Origin: Auanema rhodensis
Lineage: Eukaryota > Animalia > Nematoda
Assembly (NCBI GenBank): GCA_964057225.1
Contig: OZ059897.1
Location: 7,750,001 to 7,814,000 of the forward strand
Direction of reading: 5' to 3'
DNA length: 64,000 bases
Shown here: positions 50,522 to 62,892 of the stretch, piece by piece
Layout of the letters: every line of letters begins with the position of its first letter
How positions within the stretch are numbered: the stretch's first letter is position 1
Position numbers and translations under genes: made by a program
The notes under the pieces: model-generated
What the model was told of the DNA's origin: nothing
Databases searched by the model: none
What the model saw: the letters and a program-made list of their open reading frames with translations, nothing else

Positions 50522-53114
50522 ATGTTGCTTCTCTTCCTCTTTTTGCCTTCCCTCTGCTGGACAGCTCCACAAACTTCAGAAGACATATTCAGAGGCCTAT
50601 TCCCGATTCGACCACCACATTGCTCCAGAACTCCAATAGTTACAGCGCGTACTAGTCAAGGTGAGACTTTTAAAAATTTATTAGATTTTGATCGTTCACT
50701 CCTTTAGATGCCAATGATGCTATCAAGAGATCTATGCAAATGCAATTTCATATAGGACTTCATACTACTGTATGTTTCCGTCTTGAAGAAGATGGATCAG
50801 TAGCTGATAATCAACTTAATTCTAAAGCACCTAAAGGAGCTTCGTCTTGGCTGCACACAATTCGTCTTGAGAAATTGGAGCACCATCATCCAGTGAGTTT
50901 TCATTAATATGTGCGCAATTAGCATAATGAATTTTCATTTCTATTTATATCAGCGTGATGTGCGGTTGTATTCACATTACCAATCATCACCCATTTCATT
51001 TAACATTAATTTTTAGGTAACTCAAGCTTACGTATTTGCCATTCCGGAAGTTCGTACCGAGTGTTTCTGTGAATGTGATGCTTCTGCATCCAGTTGTACA
51101 GCTGAATCTCATCAGTTCACTCAATGCCCTGAGTCGGATATGGAAACAGAGGATAGGGTAAGCAATAAACTGATACATAACAATCACTATTTAATCTTTA
51201 TTATAGTCAACATCTTGTTACCGTACTTTCTTCCCAAATCAGTCTCCTGTAGGATGCGAAGCAGGCAGCAGTCCAAAGCTCTGTTGTGACGTTAAATTCC
51301 GTCCATATAGGTACAATACCGTTTCTCAATTGACAACAAGATATTTATTTAATTTATAGAAATCAATCATATACAGCTGTGAAGTTGGAACAGCCTTCTA
51401 CTTTCGCTACATTTGTCTATACAGCTTATGACTTCAGTCATGGACGTTGGCAAGAAATGGACAAGTCCACTATCAGGACACAGCTGGATGGAGGAACTCA
51501 AGACAAGTATGTTTTTCCCCATAAATGGCAGGTTTTCATGCTGAATCATTTAAGATTTGTCGATTCATTACAACGAATTGCTCTATCTGTAGCAGCTGGA
51601 GGGAGAGCTTCTCATCAGCTGGAATCAGGAATGTATTTTGCTAACCATAATCCTGGCGGCGAAATGGACGAATTGCGAAAGCAACCACTGAATGAAATAA
51701 TGGAGAACAAGTACTGTAAAACATTTGCAATAAATTTCATAATCATCGCTTGTTTAGTTTTGATCGACTTGGCTGGTACCGATTGGAAGATTCTCGAGCA
51801 TCAGGAAACTTCAGACGTGAACCGCGATTTCATGTTTTCAATGGACCAGTACGAATGGACGAGATACACAAAGCAAAAGTGAAAAACTGTAAAGAACAAA
51901 CATACCGAAGTGTATTAGTAGCAAACAATTATGTATGAACAAGAATTTCTTATCAAATTATTAATTATATGTGACTATTCAGATGCCAGAGAACTTCAAT
52001 TTATCAAAACCATTAGAAATGATATATCCTTGGATTCAAAGTGCTCGTCTGTATGATGGCACTACACGCCAAGCTGTTGTAACACATGCTGAAGGAACCA
52101 ACTTGTATATAACGCTTCAAGGTGAGTTTTGTTATAATCCAAGTGGACAATCAAACATAATATTTTTTTAAAGATCTATTTGTAATATATACGTTTTAGT
52201 AACAGGGGAAGGAAATGGGCATGAGCTTGTATTCTTCCATAATGCCTCAAGAGTTGATGACTTTACTGGATCTATCATTGTTGACTCAAGAAGCAATAGG
52301 TTTGCAAATTATAAATAATTTTACATAATTAAAATGGCATTTGCAGATACTTCAATCTTACTGTTTATGGAGCTTCTGGAAAAATTAATGGTATTGTCAA
52401 ATATTCTACAAATAAAGAGTCTGATGAGATATACTCATTTACAACTTACGTTCATGATCTTAATGTAAGTGACTCACCAATATTTCTATTTACTGTAATT
52501 TACTATTTCAGGCTTCTAACCGCTCAATGATCATCCCGTTGCCAGCTGTTGTTGAAGGTGGACCAAGAATGATCTGTTTACGTTCTGATGAGCAACGTGA
52601 AGAGTCGTCCATTTGTCGAATTGTAGAATATCATGAGAGTCCATTGGAGGTAAGAATTCTGAGCATCTTTAATATATTAAACTAAACCTATTTTTAGATT
52701 GATATCGATGAAAGTACTTGGCATGAAATGGTTGGACGATGCCCTAGCTGTAATCAGATAAATCTTGGAGGAATCACAAAGTAATTAATTTTAATTTTAA
52801 TTTAATTTTGAAATTTCACTTCAATTGAAATATTAAATGAAAATTGGTATTCTCTTTGTAAATCCGACAATTTCAGATATCTGAACCCAATGTCATGGGT
52901 CAACGGTGTTTCCTCTTTAGGAGAGTTTGTCATGATGGCAACCGATGTATTCATATATGTAGCAATTCTATTCGTTGTATACATCGTATTAACGAAAATC
53001 ATCATCCCCATCATGAAATGCTGGATCTGTCCATTATATCTAATAAGTAAGAAGGAAAAGAAAAGCAAAAAAAAGAAGAATAAGCAAAATATAGAGGATG
53101 GATCAATGGTTTAG
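50522..53114 (+). CDS. eff-1: Cell-cell fusogen EFF-1 (fusexin / class II fusion fold), multi-exon
   Basis: PPHCSRTPIV, MQMQFHIGLHTTVCFRL, LHTIRLEKLEHHHP, CECDA..CTAESHQFT.CPES, SCYRTFFPNQ, PKLCCDV.F.PY, AVKLEQP, QLDGGTQD, AGGRASHQLE.GMYF, NNFDRLGWYR, IHKAKVKNCKEQTY, PWIQSAR, RQAVVTHAEGTNL, then a single TM helix. Matches C. elegans EFF-1 rather than AFF-1 as recalled. The start ATG follows TTTCAG; an extra upstream exon cannot be excluded. Confidence 0.96.
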
Positions 53115-53713
53115 TTTAATGCATGTATCGAATCTCATCATCAACCGTATCGGTTAGTTCTAGTCTTTCTACCGAGCTCTTCACTTCAGGCCACAAACTA
53201 TGTATTCCTGTAACTGTTTTGCTTGTATTATTATAATTCCATTTCAACACCAAAACATTGTACATTATCTAGGAAATAGTATCTAAATCGGTTGAAAATT
53301 GAAGTTCTCATTGACTTCAATATTATCACAGAACTTTAGTTGCGTATCTACTTACTTCGTTCCTTGACTCTATTTCAATGATCATCATCAAGTGTATCCA
53401 TGTGCCTTTTATTATATTGCCAAAATTGTACAACGACCAAAACTTGCATATCCCACTTCTTCCTTAATATTGAAAACTTATCATATCAATGTCTTTTTTT
53501 GTATGTGCCTTTTAAACATGAGAAACCTGTTAGTAGTGGTACTAACAATTAACAGGTTACTCGTAAAGTCACAATCCTCCGGTAATTCCTGTGTTTCTTC
53601 TAATTATGTTTGTATTTGTGATTTAAAATCAAGTCAATTCGGGTATACCTCAGTAGAATAATCTTAATGAATAATAAAAAATTTATTAAAGTTAAGTTTT
53701 ACTTCAAAGATTA

Positions 53714-55564
53714 TTAGATTAGAAAATTGATATTAAATTGGGAGCTCAATGCTGTTCGTTTTTACGAGCTAACGCTTTTTCCAAATGACGATGTCCATCA
53801 ATCCACAAGGTTCCATGTGAATAATGTTTTGGTAGAACTTCACGAACCTAAAGAATACGTCTAAACATTCTTCGAATTCAAAAACATACAGGTTTTCCAG
53901 ATACTGTCTCCATAGTAAAGTAGAATTCATTACTAATTTTACGAACAAAACTCTTTCTGCTAATAACTTCAGCTCGTACGTATGTCTGCATAAAACATTC
54001 AATTTTTAAGCATTTAAAAAGAAAAATACTTGAATATATTTAGCTCTGGTATTCGTGACTAAGGCTGTAAAATGTAAGAAATCTCCAACTTCAACAGGAC
54101 TATTGAAAGTTACATCATCCATTGCGATTACTTTTACACGTTCCTCAAAAAAAGCTACTAAAACAGGATGCTTTGTTATTTTCTTACTTTACAGAATAAC
54201 TCAGAATTAAGATGTGCAAGTTCTAAGGCTTCTTTCATGATAAATCCTCCAAATATTTTCCCATACACGTTCTGATTCTCTGAGTGGCAAATAAGTTGTA
54301 CTTCTGCTTTTGTGTTATGCAGCCAAGCTTGATGTTCCTGAATATTATTTCAAACTGTGAAAATAATAAATTTTTTACCTGGAGTTCGGGGTAATATACA
54401 TGCCCCTCGGATTTCTGCACAGATTCTAATAAGTTATTATGTAAAAGACGGAATTCGTCAACAGTGGGATAAGTACGAATTAAAGAGTTAGCAACCTGAA
54501 ATATTTGAGGGTATATTTGAAAGATCCTCAAGTTATGAAACCTCGCGTTTTCTCTCATTAGCTGACCGTTCTCCTGCTCGAATAAGAGCTTCGTCTTCAT
54601 CTGTCTCAGCTCGAAGAGGATGAACACGAACAGCTCGTGGCTCTCTCGGATGACGAGAAGCCTATATATTATGGTACATTTGAACTTGTTAATGAAGTTC
54701 GTACCATGATGAAGTTAGCACGCATCACAAGTTCATCTTCCGAATCTTTTCCATTATTTTGATATACAGTAAATGAGGTATCCATGCTACTTCTTCCTGC
54801 CCAACTGACACAACCGTCCAGAACAATATCACGATTAATATCCAAATTACTCCTGAAATAAACCTTATTTCTCTTCAAATGAAATGAATACAAACTTCAA
54901 AATATCCATTTTATACAGAGAAGCAGTAACATGAATACGAGGGAGGGTACTTGGAACTTTCAAGGATTTAACAGGATTGTTGGAGTCAATGGAACGATTA
55001 TGCATCATGCATACATATACTGACAAACAATCCAAATGCTTTACTACAATAATTGCAAACGCTTAGGTTTTCAAACGAATATACCTCCAACATCTTTCCA
55101 ATCCTTACATTTCCCGAACTGCTGACATATTGATTTCTAAGTTTTTCGTCACTTGATAATGGAATAACTACCTACAAAATAAAAAAATACAACTTGTTTT
55201 TAGCAATACCCCACACACCTTAGTACGATTGTCAGAAATTTGTCTGGGTTCCAAGATTTTCTTCTCAAAATCATCATCAGAGTACGATGTAGCCTTGGTG
55301 ATGCTATAACTTTGAACCTCAGAATAAAAAATCACTAATAACTAACGCTAAATGTTCTAAGAACCCAGGAGAAAGTATATCAACAGTTGCACAACAATTT
55401 CGTACCAAACGTGGTCGTAACTGAATAAAAAAATAGCATAAACATATAAATAAATAAATAATTGGATAACATTTTTATATAATGAAAAGGATAAACATTA
55501 TCTATTTAAATACCTTTAAAGCAAAGTTACTAAGAAGAAGGTGAGTACCAGTAGAGAAAAACAT
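53714..55564 (-). CDS. Acyl-CoA thioesterase 9-like (double hotdog fold), probably mitochondrial
   Basis: VVIPLSSDEKLRNQYVSSSGNVRIGKMLE, ...RIHVTASVYK..., IVLDGCVSWAGRSSM, ELVMRANFIM, NVYGKIFGGFIMKEALELA, AMDDVTFNSPVEVG, VREVLPKHYSHGTLWIDGHRHL. The N-terminus MFFSTGTHLLLSNFALK|LRPRLVRN looks like a targeting peptide. The exon 2/3 junction is uncertain. Confidence 0.88.
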
Positions 55565-55794
55565 CGTATTGATAAGTTAGAAAGTTTTCCAACTGATGTG
55601 ATGCACTCAGGGCACAAACAATCAATTAGCTAACCGATGTATACCGTCTGATTCAAGCGTACGAGCGATCAATGATCAGTGAAGTATGGTGTATTGTGAA
55701 AATTCAACGTTTTTTCAAACAAAGCATAAGCAAAATGCGTATGCCGATGTAACAAAATGATCTATGGATTATGTGCTTGCCCTCAGCTTTCATA

Positions 55795-55830
55795 TTTTTA
55801 CGTGAATAATACGTGAAATCCATTTGCGTA
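55795..55830. promoter_or_regulatory. Tandem TACGTGAA cluster upstream of the ACOT9-like gene
   Basis: tttTACGTGAAtaaTACGTGAAatccatttgcgta; cores at 55800 and 55811. Confidence 0.5.
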
Positions 55831-56388
55831 CTATTAAGAACTGTAGAGAATTTCATTTTATTTTTTGTATTTGTGAAGAGCGGACGATAAAATGTTGCAT
55901 TCCATCTTTTTATATGTTTTTTATACCAAAATATCATTTTATGATTTGGTTTTGAACCTTTTCAATAATTCATAAACAACATTGATGTGATGATATATTC
56001 ACTGTATTAACGCTATTTTATAACAAAGTTTTATTAAAGATGAATGCATTTATTACAATTGAATAGAGGTACAAGAGGAAACGTTTGAGATAGCTTTTAA
56101 GGTAATCGATTGGTTTGTTTTGTTTTTTCTATTTTGCCAAAAATACGGTTAATGACTACTTATTACAATTCAGACCATATATAGGCTAGCTAGAAATATA
56201 TTGAGAAGCAATAATCAAAAAGGTTACAACTTAGCGCTTTACATGAAACTTAAATTCGAAGTATCACGATGAAATTAGCGAAACTGTATTCTTTTTGAGA
56301 ATTATTTCATCAAGAAAAGATTTTTTGTAGAAAGAGCCATTATTACTGTTGAAGATGATAGTTATAACGTAGCTAGGTAGTTCGCTGT

Positions 56389-59300
56389 TTAAGCGGTTTC
56401 TTCGGCACTGAAAAAAATAAAAATTAGTTATTAAGTTGATTTTTGAATAAAAAATTTGCGAGCATTTTAAATTAAATTAAGTTTCCACTCAGTATACTAA
56501 GCTAAGGTTACAAAACACACGAAAGCTAGCTAAATGACCAAAACGCCATGTATCACTTACGCTGCCTAATGTGGCAAAAATGCATTTAAGCTGGTGTTGG
56601 CTCGCTGAATTGGAGAAAACATAGTATGCATATTAGTCTTTTAACTTGTTTTTAGACAAAAAACTGTCAAGTCTTTTTTTATTATTTTCAAGTTGCCTTC
56701 TAAGACAGAAAGAAAGTAGTTTCGTCTTTGTTCTTCCCATCTTCTCAGGCAGAAATAATTCTTTTTTCGGCAAATCGTGTCCTTTTAAAGAACAGATTTG
56801 TCATACGGACTGCCTTCTGGACAGACAACGATGTCCAGCCAACAGTCATTAATCACCCTGAGAGACAAAGTGAGCCATGCTGTTTATCCGGAAGCTGACC
56901 GAAATCCTGATTGCAAAACCATATAATATATGGATATTTTGTTGTTTTTTTGATTTTTTTGGAGAAATAAATATAAATAAAATCTTACTCTTTTCCGGTG
57001 AGTGGCTTCAATTCCTGGTTTCCAGTGAGGACGACGTACTTCTCCTCAACGTCTTGTGGAGTGTGGAATCCAATAAGAAGCTGGTAGAGCCAAGCTCCGA
57101 GAAGAGCTCCGATGAAAGGTCCAACAATTGGTACCCAGAACCATGACTTGTGTCTAAAATGGGAAAAATGTATATATCGGACAATTAATTCTATTGATTA
57201 AGGGAATATTTCATTTGTAGCAAACTACTTGACCCCACAGTGTAAGGTCACTCGTTTAAGCATTACGATAATTCAGGGTCAAAATATGTAGGAAAAAAAT
57301 AATCTTTCCCTTCGCTCAAAAAAACTGAGTAGATATTCAAATCGTATATGACTCTTGTTGTTTGGCCCATTAGGAAAAGCAACAACAAGTAGGAATAGGT
57401 GTAGTTTTTGTAATTTACCTATCAAAAAGAATGTTTGTGATCTACATATAAGGGGGTTAATAATGCCATTAAACAACGAATCTGCCCCATTTACCCCCAG
57501 TTTTGTTATTGTATGTCTCATCGTATTAGCTATACCATTTGAGACAGAGGACAATTTACGAAAACCAAAAACATGGGAAATAAATAATTCAAAAAGAAAG
57601 TCTTATTGGATGAAACGCCTTTTTATTTGGATTCTTCTATTCTATGTTGCCTTTCTCTTCCTTAGTTATTCAGCTCCTTGATATTCCTTTTCTGCACCCC
57701 TCCCTCTAGCTAGCCCCCTTTTTCCTCTTTTCCACCCTCTTTGTTATATCTTAGACAACCGTATGCTCTACGTTTTAAATGGAAGTTTTCTGAAGGTCAC
57801 GGAAATAGACACGAAATTGTGAAAAAGAAATTAAGCTTTCACATGTTGACTCAATTGACATACAATCACATTCTCACACTTTTAAATTTCTACTAAGTTT
57901 CTGATCAAGTTTGTAAACTGCTTCGTTTATGTTTAAAACAAAAGAACTGTTGAGCAGTATTCTAAATTAGGAAGAATAGCCTAGTTTGCAGCACAAAGTG
58001 ACTTTCATCAACTTTACGAAGATACAAACATGCATGCTTCCGGCTAAATTTGATGTGGGACATGTCGTTAGGCGTAACCGTATCTGCTAATCGTCTGAAT
58101 GAACCAGCGAGTTAAGACAGAACGATTTCCATACATATCTGAGTAAGCCTAAACTAGCACAAGGGAAGCAAAACGCTAATGGCTAAGTCTTCGGCAGGAA
58201 AATTCTTTATCTTAGTCACTGAATCCAATTTTCATATTCAATGATTATTATTTTATATTCTATTCACTAACTGTAGCTATAAAAGCATTGAATGCTTGAA
58301 GCATTTGAGTTGTTTACTACTTTAGTCTTTGTTTTCATCATTAAGCTTTAAAGAGATATGTGAAGCTTAGAGTCTGATGATTAACTTTCAACTTTGGTAA
58401 TAGCTTAGTTGGTCAATTTGGATTTTTTCTAGCTATTTTGCATAACAACGTCCCCATTTTCGTTTTTCTGCCTTTTGACCGAAAGAAAAATTGTCTTCCG
58501 CAGAAATTCTCCCAAGCTGGAACAAAGAATGAGCGCGAATGTGACAAGTTACTAGGATGATATGGATGCTGTTTTGACCATTTCCGCCTGCCCCCCCCCC
58601 TTATCTGTCGTTGAATTAGAACGTATTGCTAAACTTACGAGAAGACTTCTCCTCCATATCCAATGATGAGAGTGAAGAGACGTGGTCCGAAGTCACGAGC
58701 AGGGTTGCATGGGTATCCGCAGTTGTATCCGAAAGCAGCTCCGATTCCGACAAAGGAAAGACCAACAAGGAGTGGTTGAACCCAGGATGGGTAAGAGTTT
58801 CTCTTGTCAGTAATGTGAGCAATCAAGAAGCAGAAAACAGCGGTGGCAATAACCTATAAGAAAATGAGAAATTAAAACGAAAAATGGGTATTTATGTGTT
58901 TTATTTGAGAACAATATCCCTTTATAGCTGAAGCTACTTCTAAAAACTATGAAAGCAATGATAGATGCAACGAGCAACAGATTACGTTGGGCATTCTCTT
59001 GGTAAACATTGACCAGAGACTTCATCACTCGTTAACCATGCAATCTATTATTATTATTATTATATTGCTATGGCAACTGTGGGATGCATGACATTCATAT
59101 CGTTAATATTTTTCTGTTATCTTTGCTCATCTTTCATTTCTTTTCAAAATAGCTCATATACTAGTTACTCTTAGCTACAACGCTTGTCACTCGTCTTCTA
59201 TTCATTCCAAAAGCCAATTCTCTTTTCGCAATTAAGAATTATGACGAAGAATGATGATGATGGCATGGAGACAAAATTGATTCTTTGATTAGAAACATCA

Positions 59301-62138
59301 TCATTATATTGCATTTTTGAAGCCGAAAACTCAAATTCTTTTGATTATTTATTGGCAAAATTATGATCCCTGCAGGCCACATGGTAGCATTCGTGAATTT
59401 ATTTGTATACCGGAACTTGGCGTCTGTCATCAATCAGATGACTCCCAGATGCTTCAAGTTTTAGGATAGCCGAATGTCATCTGGAGTACAGCTATGACCT
59501 TTGTTAAGTCGTTACAACTGAACAGACGTAAAAATTCAAAGCTATCAATCAGGGTCACCAGACGTATTTTACTGTCCGGTACAAATTACACGCAATAGAT
59601 GACCAGTAGAATATAACTTTTGGGCACGTGTTCTCAAGAACTAACAAGATGTTAGAATACTTACTTGATCGAGAAGTCCGTTGAAAAGTCCGAGGTGTTC
59701 AGCGGGGTAAGAAGCGAAGATACCGGCGGTTCCCTTAGCTCCAGTGACGGCACGAGTTCCAGCATCGAACTTGTTGATGGCTTCTGCAACATTAAGAAAT
59801 TATGAAGAGAAACTTGATAATATCGTTACCATGGTACATGGCATAGGTAAGTCCAGCTCCGATGAAAGCTCCAACAGTTTGGACAAGAAGGTAGAGGATG
59901 AAGCGAACTGGAGCAAGCTGCTTGAAAGAAAGGAACATAAGAGAGACAGCGGGATTGATGTGTCCACCTGAACATAAGATAAAGTTAGGATATTTGAATT
60001 TCTTTTTTTGTTTCTGGTTTTGTTTAATTTTTGAATTAATGTTGTATGAAGCCATTCTCCGCGTGTCCTCCCCTAACTCAATATATCTTTCTTTCGTCCT
60101 CAAGCTCTCTAACAAATCTTTGGAAAACAATTTGCTTGCCGTTGGCTTTTGGTCAGCTGTCGATGTGTCTTTTGACGTGTTCTGATCCGTTTCTGTTACC
60201 TGGATTTGAGAAAGAAAGAGGGCGGGAATGAGAGAGATAAAGAGAGCAATTGAGGCTCAGGCAGGGAACTCTTAAAGCATAAACTAGACTATGGTTTTTG
60301 GCCTGAGGAACACATCCTGCTTTGTTTGATTTCAATGGAATCTGGCTAAGAAGGTTTACTTCGTATACATATTGACAAGCTGCCACCACCATTTTCGTAT
60401 TCACTTAGAGAAGCTAGTAACTTTTCTGTGTGCCGACATAGAATATTCGCCAAATTAGAAGTATCTTCATCACTTTTGCAACAATCTGTTTATTACCAAA
60501 TTCATTTCAAGAACGGAAATTTGAAAACTGTGATCGTTGGTGTGAAGGGCTGACCAGTGGAAATGAATTAAATTAAATGCAGTAAATAGCTTTTTTTCTC
60601 ATTTCTTTTCCGCTTCTTTTAGTTTTGTTGCACATTTTTCAACAACAGAATCATACTCAAGCTGCATATGGTCGTTCTTTACAGCACATCTGAGCCAATT
60701 CTACGAAATTTCACAGAAACTGCTCATTGTGTGTACGAGTTTTTCATATTCATTAAGAGATATGTTATACGAAATATATATTTTCCAATGCTTAAAAGGC
60801 TGTCCAAAGCCGTAAAAGGCACAAATATGACAGCAGAAACGATGGCCACTAGAACGATAAGAGATGCAGCTCATAAGAGAGCAAAAGCAGGGCGCTGTGT
60901 CAGTAAGGCAGCTGACCGATGGCCTTCTGATGCTTAATCTGATGAATTTTTCAGCAGCAAAATGCTTTATTTCCATATAGTATAATGTTACTGAGCTAAG
61001 CATGAGACAAATCTTTCCTGCGCTTTACACGCTTAGCTCTTGTGAATGCCGCTTGGATTTTGATTCAAGCGCCATTTCATAATTTACAATTCAAGACACG
61101 AAACAAGATTTGTAGCTTGTGATGATTGTCAGCATGACTTTCCAAATGGTCAAACAATATCTTGCTTCCCTTGAAAACATAGATCATGACCCCATATATG
61201 ACGCATTCAGGTGGCATAATTACGAGTCATCTTGTTCCTTGCTTTCATTCATTATACCATATGAGACTTGGCAATCTGCCAAAACCAAGCTCTAATATGC
61301 TTGAAGGTCAATCCATCCGGATATTATGATGAGATATATACAGATTCTGTAGTATACAGTTCATTTAGTTATTATGACCTAGTATTCTGCTGAGTGCAAT
61401 TTCCGAGAGATATGGAATGGTTGGTCATCAGCTGTAAGAGCTCCTAATTAGGACACGTTCAGAAGGATTGATCTGTTCGTCTTTTTTTGCTGGCTCAAAC
61501 TCTCCATACTTACTAGCCTGTCCTATTGTTCTCTCAATCCCCTTCATATATGTATATATTTTCTTGATACAATAGAAGAAAATGAATAAATAAGAGACAT
61601 ATTCGAATAGTTGTTGTCAATGGTGTGTTAAACCATCATCGTTAGTTGCTATTCAAGGCACAAACAAGAGGGAAATCATACCTAACTATCTATAATAATG
61701 TATTTCTAATATCTAAATATGCAGATGTCGGTAAAAAAAACTGTAAAGAACCCGGCATTTTTAGTCCCAAATTCATTATATTCCAATAGACTATGTCTAT
61801 AATAGATGTCTATCGGCTTGTTTCCTTTGATCATGGAACCACAAACGTCAAATTAGGTTTGACTATTATTATTTAAAATGACAAATAAAGCCGTACTATG
61901 CATCAACATATAGAATTAATGACTTTTTTTTCTCCTTTTCCAACCAATTTATGAAGGAAATGAATAGATTTTTTGCTTTTTTAAAATCAAACAAATGAAT
62001 AATAAACGTACCGGATAATTTGGCAGAAACGGCAACTCCAAAAGTAATTGCGATACCGAATCCAATGTTAACTCCAACCATTTCATTGAGTTTTGGCTTA
62101 GGTAGAACGGATTGAGCGACAACGCTTGTTCCAATTAA
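56389..62138 (-). CDS. aqp-2: Aquaglyceroporin AQP-2, 5'-partial (first exon beyond the window)
   Basis: Exons at about 62012-62138, 59830-59967, 59665-59783, 58640-58852, 56989-57153 and 56389-56407. GVNIGFGIAITFGVAVSAKLSGGHINPAVS, TAGIFASYP, GAAFGYNCGYPCNPARDFGPRLFT (NPARD glyceroporin signature), and LIGFHTPQDVEEKYVVLTGNQELKPLT, which is almost identical to C. elegans AQP-2 as recalled. Confidence 0.95.
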
Positions 62139-62820
62139 CTGAAAATATCACAAACTTTAACTTTTCTAATAACTTTCTAAGAATACTTTTGTGGAATGAA
62201 CCCGAAATATATTTGATTTTCAGTCTCATATTTTACTTAAATGCTTAGGTTGACTTTAATATCGCAATTGAAAATCTCGATAGTGTACATTCTCATGGCT
62301 AGTAACTACTACGATTCAAGATTACGTGTCCTGTCAGTCATTTTTTGTCCCCTAAACGCAGTCCGCTTCTCGATAAGCTTCAAAGTTAAGCTACGAAGCT
62401 GACAATTCGAACCAGAGAGCGAATGCCATAAATATATGGCTTTGAGATATTGTTTGAGATTAGTTTGATTGCTTGAAAATCGTTCACCGAGTCGATTGTG
62501 TTGCTCGTTTGTTTCGTGGTCAGTGTCTCAATTTTAGCTTTCGTGGAATGTATGTGTGTCCTAGCTATTCTTGGCGGATAACAGACATTAGTCTCCTGGG
62601 AAACGTGCTGATAGCAGCAGGACGTTGAAGTTGTCAACTAAGCCGATAGGCGCGAGCCATGGAGATGTTTTTTGTTTGTTTTTTTTAATCAACAAAAACT
62701 ACCATGTTCCAATTCATCTTTTTTTTTTGCGCAATCAAAACATATCAGTTCAAAATCAGACGTATAGTATATTATAAATAAAAGAAAAAACATATTCAAA
62801 ATATTAGAATATACAACTTA

Positions 62821-62892
62821 AGTCACGCGATCTCTTTTCACATCTCTTCACGTTTTTTTCACGTAATCTTACTTTCACGTGAAAGCTCATTT
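62821..62892. promoter_or_regulatory. Five-copy TCACG/TCACA cluster inside the presumed first aqp-2 intron
   Basis: Cores at 62823, 62838, 62848, 62859 and 62875, ending in the palindrome CTTTCACGTGAAAG. Confidence 0.55.

Noticed and set aside
58626-59971. + strand ORFs at 58626-58859 and 59744-59971
   Set aside because: Antisense shadows of codon-biased aqp-2 exons.
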